Assembly (NCBI GenBank): GCA_018812355.1
Contig: JAHJDQ010000150.1
Location: 1-38,076, forward strand
DNA length: 38,076 nt
Source of the DNA: Nanobdellota archaeon
Lineage (GTDB): Archaea > Nanobdellota > Nanobdellia > Woesearchaeales > GW2011-AR9
Direction: 5' to 3'
The position numbers were made by a program, and so were the translations under genes. The notes under the pieces are model-generated. The model was given only the letters and a program-made list of their open reading frames with translations. It was not told where the DNA came from and did not search any database. This document shows positions 36,112 to 38,076 of this stretch, one piece after another (position 1 is the first letter of the stretch; the number at the start of each line of letters is the position of its first letter).

Positions 36112-36798
36112 ATGGTAAAAAAAACCAAAAAGAAAGTATCTGGAAAAGCGGCTAAGTCCGAAACATCTGGAAGCAAAGCTTCGGATGTCCCAGAGGCGAA
36201 GCCTCAGAGGACTAGTTCAGAGAAAAAAACTAAACAGAAAAAAGCTCCTGCTTTAGAAAATAAATCCAAGAAAAAAGTAGTTACAGGAATCCTAGCCGGA
36301 GTAAGAGTAATTACTGAATCTTCTGATGAAGCACGCGAGTTCTATAATCAATCCCGTTTTGGCACTATTACTGAGAGTGGAAAAGTTGAGTTATCTTTAC
36401 TGGAAGCATTATACTTGATGGAAAAAAATCGTTTAGTGATTAAGAGTGAAGCAGGAAGGGCAATCTCATTTGAATCTTACGTTAAGAAAGCACGAAAAGA
36501 AGAACCTAATTTCTGGATTAGGTATATTGTTTTTAAAGATATGAGAAACAGAGGTTATATCATTAAGACGGCTTTGAAGTTTGGGGCTGACTTTCGCGTT
36601 TATGATCGTGGCATTAAACCAGGAGAAGGACATGCCCGTTGGATTGTCTATCCAGTAGATGAAGGCTCAACTTTAACTTGGCACGAATTTTCTGCAAAGA
36701 ATCGAGTTGCTCATAGTACAAAAAAGCGTTTATTAATGGGCATTATTGATGCTGAGAATGACGTTACATATTACGAAATTCGTTGGATGCGACCTTAA
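36112..36798 (+). CDS. endA: Archaeal tRNA-intron (splicing) endonuclease, single-unit type, with N-terminal extension
   Basis: LSLLEALYL, DMRNRGYIIKTALKFGADFRVY, GEGHA, RVAHSTKK (Tyr/His/Lys triad), W..P end. Confidence 0.95.
   Translation: MVKKTKKKVSGKAAKSETSGSKASDVPEAKPQRTSSEKKTKQKKAPALENKSKKKVVTGILAGVRVITESSDEAREFYNQSRFGTITESGKVELSLLEALYLMEKNRLVIKSEAGRAISFESYVKKARKEEPNFWIRYIVFKDMRNRGYIIKTALKFGADFRVYDRGIKPGEGHARWIVYPVDEGSTLTWHEFSAKNRVAHSTKKRLLMGIIDAENDVTYYEIRWMRP
36139..36221. repeat. Multi-hairpin palindromic segment in frame within endA 5' end
   Basis: ACATCTGGAAGC-AAA-GCTTCGGATGT and GTCC-CA-GAGGC-GAA-GCCTC-AGA-GGAC; outer TCTGGA/TTCAGA. Confidence 0.6.
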
Positions 36799-36816
36799 TT
36801 TTTCTTCTTCTTTCTT

Positions 36817-37052
36817 ATCCAAAATAAAGGCGTAAGCGCTTTATTTGGATCCACAAAAACGAAAAATATCGTTTTTGGGAACAAGAAATGCTTTTCACGC
36901 ATTTCTCCGTTCCTAAAAAAGCTATGTTAAGAAAAGTGTTTCACTAATATATACATATAAAAACACTTTTATTGCTTTTTTATGATTCTTCACTTCCAAA
37001 ATCTATCCTCGCTAACGTTCGGGAAGTTTTCTACCCTAGGGGCTAGAAAACT
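36817..37052. repeat. Intergenic array of 5-6 consecutive hairpins
   Basis: Stems at 36817-36850, 36854-36877, 36878-36913, 36915-36981, 37025-37052. Confidence 0.75.
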
Positions 37053-37059
37053 ATATAAA
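37046..37059 (+). promoter_or_regulatory. BRE/TATA promoter
   Basis: GAAAAC-TATATAAA about 22 nt before ATG 37082. Confidence 0.6.
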
Positions 37060-37081
37060 CTTAAGCTGGTCCTAAATAAGG

Positions 37082-38076
37082 ATGCCTTTGACTGCTCAAG
37101 ATCAGATTTTAAACTTTTTACGAGCTGCCGGCCCGGTTCTCCCGGCTAAAGTTGCTAAGAATATTAATGAAAGTATTCTCATTGCTTCAGCTCATCTCGC
37201 TGATTTAGTTTCACAAGGCAAAGTTAAACTCACTAACTTAAAAGTGGGCGGCTCGCCTTTATACTACTTAGCCGGTCAAGAAGAACAGTTGCATCAGTTT
37301 GCTGCTGGTAACATGAATCAAAAAGATTACCATGTTCTCGAGAAATTAAAAACGGTCTTAGTGTTAAGAGAAAATAATTTAGACACTCTTTCTAAAGTGG
37401 CTCTGCGTTCATTAAAAGATTTTGCTTTTCCTTTACATGTTACTATTCAAGGAAAAAGAGAACTGTTTTGGAAATGGTATTTACTTTCTGAACAAGACAC
37501 CAATAATTATATTGGCCAAATTCTTACCGGGAGTGATATCACAGTTCCTTCTCAACCAGAAGTAATTATTTCTGAACCAACAGTTAAGATTGAACCGAAA
37601 GTAGTTGAAGAAGAACTTACTATTGAAGAAACTCCAGAAGTAAAAACTGTAGCACCCATTGAAGTAAAAGAACAACCTCAAGAAAAAATCAAAGAACCAA
37701 AAAAAGAAAAAATCATTGAAGAACCAGAATCCGAAGAAGAACCTGAAGAAGATGAACTAGCAGAACTATTATTAAAAGATGGCAAAAAACGGGCCGAACA
37801 AAAACAAAAAGAGATCAGCCAACAAACTACTCTTAAAGAGAAAAAGCCCTTCCTCAAAAAAGTAAAAGATAGACTCGCTAGCAAGAAGAAAGCTAATGAT
37901 AAATTCTTACCCATTGTTGAGGAATTTTTTAACAGTTTAAGTATTAATGTTGAAGAAACTGAGTTAATTAGAAAAAATTCAGAAATTGAATTTTTAGTTA
38001 GGATTACTTCTGTTGTTGGTGAAACCACTTACTTCTGTAAAGCCAGAAAGAAGAAAAGATGTGATGAAAAAGACAT
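37082..38076 (+). CDS. Hypothetical protein with N-terminal winged-helix-like domain, runs off the window end (not in ORF track)
   Basis: MPLTAQDQILNFLRAAGPVLPAKVAK...HLADLVSQGKVK...KVGGSPLYYL; Glu/Lys/Pro-rich linker; frame appears open to 38076. Confidence 0.85.
   Translation, partial: MPLTAQDQILNFLRAAGPVLPAKVAKNINESILIASAHLADLVSQGKVKLTNLKVGGSPLYYLAGQEEQLHQFAAGNMNQKDYHVLEKLKTVLVLRENNLDTLSKVALRSLKDFAFPLHVTIQGKRELFWKWYLLSEQDTNNYIGQILTGSDITVPSQPEVIISEPTVKIEPKVVEEELTIEETPEVKTVAPIEVKEQPQEKIKEPKKEKIIEEPESEEEPEEDELAELLLKDGKKRAEQKQKEISQQTTLKEKKPFLKKVKDRLASKKKANDKFLPIVEEFFNSLSINVEETELIRKNSEIEFLVRITSVVGETTYFCKARKKKRCDEKD

Noticed and set aside
36817..37052. CRISPR array
   Set aside because: Hairpins are not identical repeats with regular spacers, and no cas genes are in the window

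Overview
AT-rich archaeal chromosomal segment, most likely a DPANN (Woesearchaeota-like) genome. This is inferred from an archaeal tRNA-splicing endonuclease, BRE/TATA promoters about 22-25 nt before leaderless starts, GGTGA-type RBSs and many bacterial-type enzymes. Contents in order: ABC permease/PRTase/ATPase; DsbA-cupredoxin fusion; aconitase-IDH-GDH cluster; short bacterial-type AspRS; pyrE-pyrF; an ~8.6 kb minus-strand copper/disulfide island whose copA has one in-frame stop; ttuA; a truncated RhuM-family gene; a transaldolase-less pentose phosphate cluster (pfkB, fba, rpiB, rpe, split tkt) coupled to a rubredoxin/FTR/small two-His membrane protein module; and endA. Best novel candidate: a ~120-nt GC-rich element present twice (4386-4507, 9619-9735), with compensatory stem changes, 9-10 nt after the TAG stops of two unrelated genes. 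I cannot assign it to a known RNA family. Second candidate: a dispersed set of short tandem-hairpin palindromes, some intergenic and some read in frame inside ttuA and endA. All calls come from manual motif reading; no searches or folding programs were run.
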